DNA of 63,152 bases, the filler included, from Bigelowiella natans CCMP2755 (Eukaryota; Protista; Cercozoa), in the NCBI GenBank assembly GCA_000320545.1. It is 8 parts of 8 records of this genome, joined end to end, with 100 filler letters (N's around TTAATTAATTAA, not from the genome) between each part and the next. Parts side by side here need not be neighbours in the genome. Positions count along the whole stretch, not along the records: positions 22,327 to 44,806 come from ADNK01000822.1; 7 more parts are not named here. One strand, given 5' to 3'. Below are positions 26,547 through 39,121 of the stretch, piece after piece (positions within the stretch are counted from its first letter, which is position 1; the number at the start of each line of letters is the position of its first letter). Both the position numbers and the translations under genes were made by a program. A model generated the notes under the pieces. That model saw only the letters and a list, made by a program, of their open reading frames with translations, did not search any database and was not told the DNA's origin.

Positions 26547-27146
26547 TGTCACAAGTGGTGATGATGAGCTGCACACAACGAAGTCGCAGTAAGTATCGGA
26601 ACACAGTGCCGGGTGGGGGGGGGGGGGGGGGGTGGTGAAGGGTAAACAGATAATCATGTCCTATTGACGTTGGTGCAGGTACCTTCAGCCACCGTCACGC
26701 TGTTCTCCACGACCAAAAGACCGGAAACAAATATGTAATATCTGGCATTATCATGTTTACAATGCCAATGATGGCCTGACCAATTAGTATGATGGACAAA
26801 TCGTATTTTTGCATTGTAATGTTGGGCAATGGTGCATATTAATCAGGGTGGTGGTGCGTTATTATTTACTGACTCTCCCCGTCATTTTCTGAACCTCTTC
26901 CTCCCCTGCTCCGGCTCATTTTCCTTCCAATAATAAATAATACACATCAGGCCCCTCTCAACAACATCACACCCAACCAGCCAGCTAAAGCCTCGATTAT
27001 ATCCTCTCCGCTCTCCGAGTTCGGTGTGCTTGGATTCGAGCTTGGGTATAGCCAAGAGACTGAAAACCAGCTGGTGCTGTGGGAAGCTCAGTTTGGGGAC
27101 TTCTCCAATGGTGCACAGGTAGTAGTAGTAGTAGTAGTACCAGTAG

Positions 27147-27209
<63 letters not shown>

Positions 27210-28442
27210 CTTTCTCTACAAATAATATCGTTGCTGGTCCCTTTGCGAGGGAGACTATTCATATTTACATGTAAGCGCCAATAATACCAATCTTCGTGGA
27301 TTCCCCTCCTCTTTCTCTCCCTCTCCCCCTCCTACTCACCTTTATCGTCGTCATCATCATCATCAACAACAACAGCAGCAGCAGCAACAACATCAACCCA
27401 CACCCCTGCTACCACGCCAGGTAATCATCGACCAGTTTCTGAGCTCTATGGAGAACAAGTGGGGAGTGCAGTCGGGGCTGGTGCTTCTCCTGCCGCACGG
27501 CTACCAAGGGATGGGGCCGGAGCACTCCTCCTGCCGCCTTGAGCGCTTCTTGCTGATGTGTGATGAGGAGGAGGACGTTGTGCAGGACATGGAAGAGGAC
27601 CAACGCATGCAGATTCAGCAGGCCAACTGGCAGGTAGTAATAACGCGCTTGTAAGTAACTAAATTAGTAGCAGAGAGCAACGGGAGAGAGAGAAGGGGGA
27701 GGGGGAGGTCATCATCATTCTCATCATCGCAAACAGGCTTTGCATATAGCGGACGGTGCGGTTTCCTCCTTTCCTCTTCCTCATATTTCCCCCCTCGTCA
27801 TTTTCGTCTCCAAATGCCGCTGTTTTCTCATCACCGTTCGGTGTTCTTTATTTCACCCCTCCTCCTCCTCCTCCTCTACCAATGCAGGTGGTCAACTGCA
27901 CCACGCCTGCCAACTACTTCCACGTGCTGCGAAGGCAAATTCACCGGCCATTCCGCAAGCCTCTAATCGTCGTCTCTCCCAAAGACCTTCTTCGCCACAA
28001 ACTCGCTGTCTCCTCGATCGAGGACTTCTCGCCTGAGGTAGGGATAGTGGGGAAGCAGTGAGAGAGGGGGGGGGAGGGGGGGTGGAGTCGTGATAGCGCA
28101 GCACAACAATAAGAAGAAGAACAATAACAACAACAACACTACTACTTGATTCTGATGATCAATGCGTGCACACTCTTGCAGAGGCGTTTCCAACGAACCA
28201 TTTCGGAGGCGCACCCCGAGGAGCTCGTGGATCCTGAAAAGGTAGTAGTGTTCACTGCATGCTAACCATCACAAAAAAGGAGGAGGAGGAGGAGGAGGAG
28301 GAGGAAGGGGAAAGGAGAGGAAAAGTAAAGGACGAAGATTTTTGAATGTTTGTCTGTTTTTCCATTTTTGCCACTAAGTGTGCAGAGGTCGCCAAATGCG
28401 GCAGAACCAATTGAGTCAAATAATATCTATTCTTTCGATGCA

Positions 28443-28474
<32 letters not shown>

Positions 28475-29685
28475 GATGATGACACCACTGAGAAGAGGTC
28501 ATCATCAGCAACCAGAACATAGAAAACAAAAAGAAAAGTCTACATTTTGTTCTTATCACCATTCTTTGATGAAACCGTGACCCTCTATATCTTCTTCTCA
28601 TCACTCTCTCCTCTCTTCGTTGACGTCGTTACGCTTAGATTCGGCGAGTAGTGTTCTGTACCGGAAAGATCTATTACGAAGCACTGCAGCAGCGTCGAGA
28701 GGATAACGTAATACTTTCCACAAAAGAATTGGACTACACGTGCGACTCTTCAGGCTGATGGAGATCACCACCACCACCACCATCATCATCATCACCATGA
28801 ATCCCCCCGTTTTTTCCAAAGAAGACCACGCACGTTCTCTCCCCTTTTTTCCGTGCCTCTTTGTGCGTAGTAGCCTCTCTCGCCGTTGTTCGTAGTTGTT
28901 CACAACGATGAATGAATGCCTTTGGATGATGCAGATCGATGATGTCGCAATCGTGCGGCTCGAGCAGATATCTCCATTCCCCTTTGACCGAGTGGCACGC
29001 GAGGTTTCCAACTACCCCAACGCTGAGACCGTTTGGCTACAAGAAGAGCCAAAGAACCAAGGCGCATGGGTACTATTTACTGCTGCTGCTGCTGCTGCTG
29101 CAGCTGCTGCAGTCACAGCTCACAAACGATGATATCGTTAGGTATACGTGAGCGACCGCATACAGACGGCCACTCGCGAACTCAACAGCAAGGAGGTCCG
29201 CCCCGGTTATGTCGGCCGTGATGCGATGGCAGCTACCGCTGAGGGATATGGTAGAATTCTAGTATCACACGCACCAATGCAGCAAATACCACTAGCAGCA
29301 GCAGCGGAAGCGACGCAAACCGCAAACAAAAAAGAGAGAATGGAAGGGAAATACAGGGCAGGACAGCTGAGATCATAGAACATTATTATACATATGGGAG
29401 ATGAAGAAGAGGAAAATGAAGGGGAATAGCTCATCATTCTCTCTTTCTTTACTCTTCCCCTCTCCTTTTTACCTTCTCTCGCTTAAAACATCGATGCTTT
29501 TGGTTAATGTCTCAGAATGTGTCCCACAACATCATCATCATCATCATCATCATAATCATCATCACTTAGGTGCTGTACACACGCGGGAACAAGTCCGCTT
29601 GTTGAAGAAGGTCTTCAGCAAGGACTGGAAGCTGAACGAGATGGTAGTACTGCAGCAAGTTGTTGTTGTGCTTACAGTAGAGTAG
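22389..29685 (+). CDS. OGDH: 2-oxoglutarate dehydrogenase E1 component (26 visible exons; N-terminus lost at the gap; last exon uncertain)
   Basis: Spliced motifs: [140 protein letters not shown]. Confidence 0.97.
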
Positions 29686-30699
29686 TAGTAGTAGTAGTAG
29701 TAGTAGTAGGTGTAGTAAAAGAAGAAGAAGCGGCAGTATTAGTAGTAACCCGCTCAGTAGCCTTCAGAATAACGATTTCAAATTCTACTGCCATCTTATT
29801 ATTGGACACAGCAGTCATGTGGACAGCGGGTGCATTTTTGTTCCCTTGATCTGATGATTGGTCGATTCGGTTTTTCCTGCTGCTGCCGTGCTAGCTTTGC
29901 TATCATTAATTGTGGTTGCATTGCCATTTTCCACCCCTCACCTGATTCAGGCCAGGAAGATTCCTGTATAAAAGTTCTAACTACGTGGCACCACGCGTCA
30001 TTGTCAAGAAAACAAATGGTTTTTGTAGATGATAGACGTACGGCGGTGTGGAGAAATCCATAAGTGGTTCTAGCTTAACCGACGACTGTGATCATTTTTT
30101 TGTATATTTCAATTTTTCCATCACCTCATTACGCACAGCTTGCCCAAAAAAGGAAATATTTAAAAAAGTGGTATGCTTCGGATAAGTATTACGACGATGA
30201 ACAGTGTCTGAAGCATCGTTAAAAGTATCATCAGCATATATCCTGTTCGGAGTGCACGCTTAATCCGCATGATAGCATTGCATCAGTATCTAGCTTATGT
30301 GTTTGCATCTTGCATCCTGAGACTGAATTTTATTATATAATAAAAAGCCCTTTACTCGATCTAAGGACTCTTCATTGGTAGCACAGCAGTCGGCTGGTTG
30401 TGCTTGATGACATGTGCATGTGCTTTAGCATGCATGGATGTCGCACTGCTATGTGGCAGCACTTGATATAGTTGCACGCCGGTGTAACGAGTTTGCTTGT
30501 CCATGTAGCGTTCCATCATGTCGCAGCCAATGTAATTGGTATCGATGTTATTGCTAATGCAAGCTGCTTATTTGATACAGCAATGCATGGTCATTAAACA
30601 GTATAACTTTTGGCACCTATGCTAGCTATGGCCCCGCTATCTAGCTATGTGCAGCTGGTTTCGAATGTGCAGTCGTAGCAGCAAACAAGAATGCACAGT

Positions 30700-32520
30700 G
30701 TTACGTTCCCCTCCCTGACTACACATACCAAGCTAGCAAGTCGCATCATCAAGCTGAGTGGTAGATAGACCGTTTGTCCTTCTAGCCTTCTCTTCGCAGC
30801 CATCACAAGCTCCCAGAATTGCACGTCGTAAGTTCTACTTGAATCGTCATCTCCTGGTGCTGCTGCTGGTGGTGCTGCTGCTACTGAGATCTCGAAGATG
30901 GTGCCAATGATGGTGCCCTCCATGTCCAGCATGCACCTCCTCTGCGTAATTTACATCAGAAGAATACACCAGAGGATTCGTGATGTACTCCAGTCCAAAC
31001 TAAATCTTACTACTACTCCTACTAACTACTACTCCTGGTGCTGCTGCTACATTACACTACTGCAGCTGTGTGTGGTGTCATGTAAACAATTAAATCACCT
31101 TGGAGGATAGTGGCTGGGGGACAATGGTTCGTTGCGAACCACTCACTGACTTCCACTGGAAAATGCTGCCCGTGGTCAAGAACGTACCTGCACACACGTT
31201 GCACAACTCTCTTTATCATCGTCGTCGTCATTGTCGTCATCGCATCCGCCATGTGTGAACGTGTCTTGTGTGTTGCTGCTACTACTACTACTGTTACCCA
31301 TATTCAGCGCCTCCTGGAGGATGGGCAACTTGGATTCGGAACGGATACGACACAGTGATGCCGGTACCGTTGGCGTTAGGAGGACCACGTAGCTAAAATT
31401 CAGGGAAGATTGAGATGAGAAACAAATCATCGGGGAGGAGAGGGGGGATTGGAAAGCTGCAGGCACAATGAATGGATGGAAGCAGAAAAGAGAGTGTAGT
31501 GCAGTAAGAAAGAAAGAGGAAGATAGCAGACGACAAGACGGTCGATTGAAACTCTTTCCCAAAATCTCAATACCTCTTGTGTGTAGAATGTCGTCGTACT
31601 GCCACCTAAAGCAGAAGTTGCACGATAAGGGGAGGGGAGGGTGTTTCAGTTTATGATCCAGAAGGTAAAGGTATGACCCCTCCTTAATTTCACCCTAATG
31701 TTTCGTAAGAGACAGCATCGTCATAGTCGTGACTAGGTGCTACCTTTTCCATCCTTCACAATGTATCCTTGGACCGGAACCCCCCCACGAAGTGTTGAGT
31801 TTCCGATGTATTCAGCTTCTCCGACAGGGGTACTTCGCACCGTATGGCTAATGACACACGCACGAACAGTTACGATGAATGGAAGCTCGAAGGTTTATGA
31901 CAGAGTGTTGATTTAAAAATTCACCTCACACAGCGCTCATTATGATCGAGATCAGTTAGGTAGTAAAAAGTCTCTGTGGACTCCTCCGAGGCTCGAAACC
32001 TGTATACTACCTAATGAAAGAAGAGAGGAATGAATTCGCGATTACACTGTCTACGATTATTTGTGATTAAGAGAGGTGTATACACACACACACACACACA
32101 CACAAAGAAATACACACGGAGAAGAAGAGGAAGAAGAAAAAGAAGAAGAGAGAGAGAGACAGAGGGAGAGAGAGAGATTACTCGAATTCCAAGAACTGTG
32201 GTGTCATTCGCATCACGCATGGAAAATGGCACTCCTGGGAATATATGGTATGCCGAGTCCACGTCACCCTCACTATCGCCATCCCTGCGAAGGTTCGAAG
32301 TCGGCCATCGTGAGACGCACAGGAACGCACACACTAAGGGCAAGACATGCTACCTCACAGAGAGCTGCTCGTAGATGCTAAGGAATTCCACCCCGCCATT
32401 GAACTTGTGCGTTCTCAGCATGGTAGTCATGTACGGCATTGGGATCTTTACAGGCTGAGGAGATGCCGTGACAGTGACGAGGAACGCCGCTTGGAAGAAG
32501 AAAACGAGGTAGGGTCGCAT
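30700..32520 (-). CDS. Probable secreted protein, multi-exon, unknown family; 3' end approximate
   Basis: Starts with a signal-peptide-like MRPYLVFFFQAAFLVTVTA-SP, followed by a series of GT-AG exons (IPMPYMTTML...; DGDSEGDVDSAYHIFPG...; HTVRSTPVGEAEYIGNSTLRGGVPVQGY). Confidence 0.5.
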
Positions 32521-32941
32521 GGGTGGGGAGGGGGCAGTCGGAACAACGAATCTCCTCCGAGTGTGTGACGTGAAGGGACGCGTTTGTCCGATGAAATTGG
32601 GGAAATACATTGTCGCAGCTGACGAAAAGCAGGGGAGATCAATTCATCTCTCTGTTCGACTCTCGTCGGAAAATGACAGAGAAACCTGCATGCTCCGACG
32701 ATGATTCTTTCATGTCCGATCCAGGTCCCCTCATTGGAACAACTTTGCTTCCTTCAAGAGGGGGTCACAGGTCCGTGTCACCGCATCACGGTGTCTGCCA
32801 ACAACGTCAATTTTTTTTGGACCTCTGATCTTGCGTGCGTTCACTTTTTGATCGCGGTGTTCATCACGCTTTCGGACACACCAGCTAGCTGTGGCCTGCA
32901 CAGCACACACGCGTGGCACGTGCACGTGTGCATTGTTTTGT

Positions 32942-32982
<41 letters not shown>

Positions 32983-33270
32983 ATGCACGCACACATCCAC
33001 AATTGTTCGCACACACGCACACGTGCACTTGCAAATGCAAGCAGCACACAGGACAAATGCATCCATCACGTGTGCAAAAGAAAACTTTGGAAGCGCAGGC
33101 ACAGGGCTGGCTGGGGCGTGCAACGTGCAATGCAACGCCAAGCGCGGAAAGCACAACATGACTCAATGCGTTGTCATCTGCCATTTCACTTCGTGCATTC
33201 TCTCTGGCGCAGTTTGTGAGCTGCACACTGCCAGTGAAGCAGTTGGGATTCAGCGATGCTCAAATGTGAC

Positions 33271-33417
33271 TCAAAACACTCTGAACAGCTCCTTCCCAGT
33301 GACATCATGAAGCCCATCGTGATCGCCGTAGTGATTGATTCCAGCAGGTTGGAGTCCAACCTTCCTAGATACAACTAGCCAATCAAATGGATACGGGCCT
33401 CCGAGAAAGTCCTGCGT

Positions 33418-33457
<40 letters not shown>

Positions 33458-36400
33458 TGTGCATTTTGTGCTTGAATATTTTGGATGATAGTAGATGAAC
33501 GTGCGGAAAGATCAGTATTGCAATGTTGATACTCTTAGGAAAGTGAAATAAGGCATGCTGCTTCCGCTTTTAAAACTTCAAAATTGACGCTACCGTCGGT
33601 TCGTCGAGTGTCCCTTCCCACTCATACTCAACCTTGTGTACCTATGATTACAGCGAAAGACAGATGTTGAGGGGAGGGCAATATATCGTGTTGCCTTCTG
33701 ACTACCTCCAACACGTTAAACCCAAGCTCCTTCAATCGGTTCTTCAGATCCTTTTTTCGAAAGTGTTGTGTTCGCACGCCACTGATGGGGAAAACTCCCT
33801 AATACGATAACATGTTATAAAACAGAGCGAGCTAAATGAGAGGGAGGGGGAAAGAGAGAGATATAGAGAGGAACTGGGACCATTGCAAGAAATGTGGCCT
33901 ATTTTGGTACTAGTATTGGAAGTATAAAACAGCGATTTACTCCACCAGCCAACGATCTATATTTTTCTTTCACTTACTCTCTTTATCTCTCTATTCCTGG
34001 TGTGTATGTGCGTGCGTAAAGTTACTCTTTGTGCGTCCTGGGGCGTGACTTTCGGCTCCTTTTTGGTTTTTATGTCACTCAACTTGATTCCTGTCATGTT
34101 GAAAGTAAGATATAGTTGTATACGATGGAGATGCTTGCTGGATGCAAAACCTCTCTCTTTAATCCCCTTCAGCCAGTCAAGCCTCCGCTTCCCTATCAAT
34201 ACTGTCAATATTTGCGACCGTCAGTCGTAATCTATCATCATCGTCATCACATCCCATCGAAAACGGCTTAGAATTACCGTGTGACTCCACGGACGGCACT
34301 ACCATGAACAGGATGCCTCCAACCTGTAGAGTCCGGCGAATCTGCCAGCACAGTCAAGCTTAGGGAAATGATCTGAGGCAATGGAATCACATATCTCCCC
34401 GAATGCAGGGAGGCGAACTAGAGTGCCAAAAACAGGCATTTTCTGGCTGCTTCATTGCTATGCAGTCTGCCGAACAATCTACACGACTACTCCATTCTCT
34501 CCTCCACGGAATGTAATACCGCTGTACTTCGAATCTAACTAATTTTCCTTGAAAACATTATAAACTCCTCTTTTCTCCCTTCCCCTGGCTCCAAAGACGA
34601 GACGGAGGAAGAATATGTTTACCTGCCGGATGATATTGACCCTGACTTTGAGATCGGGTGAAATGAGCACATTCGCGCACGTCGCAAACGAAGCACTGTA
34701 GATACCTTTGGGGGGGGGAAGCAGGAAAAGTAGGCCTTATACATTCACTTTAGGGAGCAGGGAGAGACAGGTTATTATCATTCTGTCTATGTGCAAACTT
34801 CTTTCCTCTCTCATCACTTCTCCCACAACCTTTCCTCCACAGGTCTGTGTGGGCTAGATCGGCGTGGATCACTTTCACATCTTTGAGGCCATTATCCTAC
34901 ATCGTATCGGTGGCGCACACGCGGTATTGTACGGGCCGTGGTTAGTAATTGAGGGATATCAGTATAAAAAAAAAAAGAAGAAATCCAAACACGGGAATCA
35001 GTCGAGCACCTTGCACATTTTTCGAGCAATTCTGCACGCCTGTAGTTGTTGTCACAATATAGCAGCGTCATATAATGAATGATTCGAAGAGAAACAGAGA
35101 GAATGCGCTTGTTTACCCGTTTACTGATGTCCAGCCCTATCGTTGAATCGAAGACCCGGGAGAGGTGAGGAAGCCTGGCAGTAGCAACGAATACAAAAAG
35201 TGTAAACCTTGTGCACTCAGAATGCACACAAACACACACACACAGAGAGAGAGAGAGAGAAAGAAAGAGAGAGAGAGAGTATATTATATTATATATATAT
35301 ATATATATATAATATACACATTTATATGTGTGTGAGAGTGAATGAGTGTCTATTTGCGAGTGAGAGAAAGGAAAAAGAAAAAGAAGAGAGGGTGGAGGCA
35401 TGGGTAAAATATTTGGGTGTTACCACTTTCCAACGCCGCACCCAAAGTCAACAGTTGTCAGTTTGCTGAAAGTTGCATTTTTATATTAGATGGTTACTGA
35501 CGGTTCTTTCTGACCTCTTTGTGTTTTTGTTTCTCCTTCTCCATTCATCATCATGATGAAGACACATGTTCGATCGTTGTAGTAGTAATCAACGATTTTT
35601 TTAAAATACTATGTCCTGTTTGCTCCTCTTAGATTACAGGAAGAGCAGGCCAAATTTGCTACCTGTTAGCTCCCTTTCTCTCCTAAATCATACAGAAATA
35701 TCAAATTAATTAAGAATTTACTACTGTGATATATGTCATTGATTTTATTATTCAAAGCTGCTGGGTCTCAGCTGTTCAGGGTTTATTTTCAATACGACTT
35801 CAATTTTGTGATATCTCCATTTGAGAAAGATATGGGAATTATTTATGAGTCTACTTACAGATTTCATCATCTCAGCGTATTCCTCCAACTTCTGCCGTAT
35901 GATCTGATTTCGGTCCTGGAAGAGACGCTCTATGAACATCGTGCTGAAATTATATTAGTTTTGCATGATCACCTCCTCAAAATTATCGAGAATCTCATTG
36001 TCCCAATCCTTAGCAGCCTCATTCCAATAGTCTTCGTTTGTGAAGCTGTCCGAGGAGGATTAAGCGAACATCATCACCGTGAATTGATGCGAAGAGTTTT
36101 CTTCAAATTGCAGTGGGGAGAACAGTGTTCGGAGGAGGGAAGGGTATATGTCAAATGTTCTGTTGTTGATAATCCATACTCATCACCTGGAAAATTGTGG
36201 GTTATCCATCTGGACGACAGCCTTGGGCCGTCTTTTGGAGGGCACTGTTCGAGATCTGGCGGAGGATTTCTTTCTTGAGTTTCCAGATCTTACGGAAGAT
36301 AACGATGTTCTACGATTCGATAGCCGCGATGGTGGCCTCAATTTTCCCTTCCTCTGGTTTCTGCGATTCAAGTTGGTAGTCCATGGCATTAGTATTCAAG

Positions 36401-37288
36401 GCGTGTTGATATCATAAACTTCGGTCTACGGTTGAAAACGGGAAAGTGGGGAACTCAAGCCAAACGCAAACATGATATGAACGAAGATGACTTTAATTTT
36501 TTTGGAAAGTGTAGCTGGTGACCTAATCTTATGTTTGCGCCGTCTAAAGATAGCAGTATCATTTGCGCTAAGTGAATGCGAGCTTCTCGCCGTGAGGCTG
36601 GAATCGTCGTTGCCCTGGGATGTTTTTGCAGGGAGTGAGTCTGCTCTTTTAAACCCTTTGGCCTCTGTACTCGAAGAAGATGACTGAGGCTTGACAGAAC
36701 GGCTTCTCCTTAAGTGACGACGTCGCTGTATTATAACCAGGGGTAAACATCAGGTGGAAAATGGAAAAAGTAGTGCATGGAGGGTATGCTATTTTGACAA
36801 GAATTTCTTAATTCCGGATGTGCATGTGGATGTTGATACCAGAGGATTGGCAGTGAGTCTGCTAAATCGTAAAACTGATCACAACTTTACATTTTGCTTT
36901 AGAAAATTTCTATCAATGGTTTAAAGCTTACATGCGCTTTTCTGTTTGTTTCGCAGCTCGAGCGATAACTTTTGACTGGTAACGGGGGTCTCCGAGAGGA
37001 TGCTGTAATGGAAGTTGCGGGTCTTCGAGGGATGTACTTCATTGCTTTCTGGCCTTGGAGAGATGGAATATCCAGGACTCCTTCGGCAGAGAATCGCTCT
37101 CTTCGTTTTGAAGAGGTGGTACTCGGATTGACATTGTCAGCTTCTGTAACGGATGCTGCCCTCCTTGTTCCTAAACGAAACTTTCGGAAGGAGTTGAGAA
37201 TGGATTGCTCTTGAGTACTTCCTTGGATCTTCCTAGCCATAAGTGAGGAACTCCGCGGTGTGGGGGGCACGCGTGCCCCATTCATCAT
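33271..37288 (-). CDS. Class I SAM-dependent methyltransferase with a long Ser/Arg-rich disordered N-terminus, multi-exon
   Basis: Spliced: YWNEAAKDWDNEILD...VDFGCGVGKW|LPHLSRVFDSTIGLDISKR...VIHADLA...FATCANVLISP...IRRTLQVGGILFMVVPS...GFNVLE|VHKVEYEW...PYPFDWLVVSRK. Motif I (DxGCGxG) and the LxxGG motif are present. Start codon tentative. Confidence 0.85.
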
Positions 37289-37609
37289 TGTATTCAGAAG
37301 AATCGAAGCACCCTTTCGGGTTCCTCTTGTCGGTTGAGTCTCTGTTTCGTCCGTTATTCTGCGACAACGCACGAATGCTCCAAATTCGCATCGATTTTCA
37401 TCCTGCGACAACACACATTCCACGTTTTTTGGCACTTGCGACATGAAATTCAGGCGTCGTTTTCGGTTTTCGGGACAGGCCGAGGCTTGAGCACTCCAAC
37501 AATCTCAGACAAACAATTGCCTTGTCATTTGCTCCTGCGACAACCCATCATTAAATGTCGCATCTCGAAATGACACGTTGCCTCAACCCTCAGCCTCAAA
37601 ACCCACAGC

Positions 37610-38530
37610 AGAGAATCTGGTTGCATGGTGCGCCATGGTGGTCAATGTGGGAGATGTTTGCAAGGCCTACGAGTTCAATGAACGAACATGCATGCATCTT
37701 GGACGAGGCGAAGGAGAACAATCGAATGGTGAAGGATCTGAAGAGATGCTTCGGTCTCCTGAAATCTTCAATGTGTGAATGAATCAAGAATCTGCACAAC
37801 TAGACAAGGGGACCTGACCCAATGAGGAGTCTCAACAGAAACGAAGGACTGTTTTGATGAGGTACGAGAGTTTGTCGTGTCGTTCCAGGGACAGGGCTGG
37901 TTCAAGAAATGCTTTTGGAAGCGGCCCAATGATGAATCCAACATGCCAAGTCCAACCACCTGATGGAGCTGACACTCCGCATCAACGACCTCGATCCAGA
38001 CCGACCTTCTCGTTGACCTCAAACGTTGCGAGGAGGAGCACCGCAAATTCTGCGACGAGGCCATTGATCGACAGGGGCAAATTGCCAAGAACAATCACCA
38101 GAGGAGCTAGGTGATGCCACAGGCGGGTTCGGAGTCGTGCATCTAGCTCATGCAACGTGTAAGGATGGATGTGGATGTCGCCATGCATGAAAGAGTCCAA
38201 AGTTTACTCAAGTGGCTCCATGCAGGGCCTGAAGGATGTGGAATTTTTGAAGAACGAGCTCATCACATTGGCCACCCTTCGGCACGAAAACCAAGTTCTG
38301 TGTGTTTGGAGACAGGGGGGGGATGGAACCGAGTGTCTTCATTGTGATGGGTCGATGGGCTGATGGGCCACTCTGGCACTGCTCCCTCGGGAGCTTGAGC
38401 GATGTGGTTGGGCATGATGGTAGCAATCGATTGAAATCTAGAGAGTGCATGGATTTGAAGAACGTGGAGGCTGGATGGAAAGAACTCCCCGATGTGCTTG
38501 AGATCTGGCTAGCTGGGGAGTTTCTTCGCA
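37610..38530 (+). pseudogene. Decayed protein kinase gene with a helical N-terminal domain (MLKL-like four-helix bundle + kinase, tentative)
   Basis: Fragments in shifting frames with stops: DCFDEVREFVVSFQGQGWFKKCF; EELGDATGGFGVVHLA (Gly-rich loop); EFLKNELITLATLRHEN (alphaC, subdomain IV); SVFIVM...HCSLGSLSDVV (hinge). Confidence 0.65.
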
Positions 38531-39121
38531 TGCATTGCAATGTAGAAGGCTTGTCGAATTCTTCAAATTCTAGTTCCTTTTGCGAAAATTGCTGCATGTC
38601 ACTTCGCACAGCACGAACAGCACAGCTACGCATTTGTCAGCTGTCAGAATGCAGCTTGTCTGCGGTTGGTGGGTCCGGCAGATCTGAGGAGAAGCATCTG
38701 CGGATTCCGTAGTATATTGAGCTTGTGGACATTGCCAACGTTCATTCATTCATTCATCAATTTTGATGAGAGGCAATGGATCGCGTACTCACAGGCGACA
38801 TTACACGTCTAGACGTACAATGACATTGTAAAGATAATGAATGCATGAAAATATCTAAGCAGGTGGTGTTAGCATTGCAAATTCGGGAGCTCTTGTCATA
38901 TTTCAGCTGCGCTTCACATTTACAAGTTCACTATCATTTGAGCAATAGCCCTGGACGATTTACACTGCGACTGCGTAAAGACATAACAATATCTAGATGT
39001 AGCACAGACATAGATTTAGGCACCAGCTAGCCAGATGTTGTTAAGGCGTACCATATATAATTTTACATTGCATCGTGTTAGCAGGATCGAGAACGCTTTG
39101 CTGCAGATAATACAGCAGATA

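Noticed and set aside
22389-29685. Alternative genetic code or non-canonical introns
   Set aside because: All reconstructed conserved genes splice with GT-AG and translate in the standard code without internal stops.
35733-36278. 181-aa plus-strand ORF
   Set aside because: Antisense to exons of the minus-strand methyltransferase gene; no recognisable motif.
33271-37288. Methyltransferase as the enzyme behind the TpA erosion, since it is flanked by two depleted tracts
   Set aside because: No DNA methyltransferase or deaminase motifs, and depleted tracts also flank unrelated genes.
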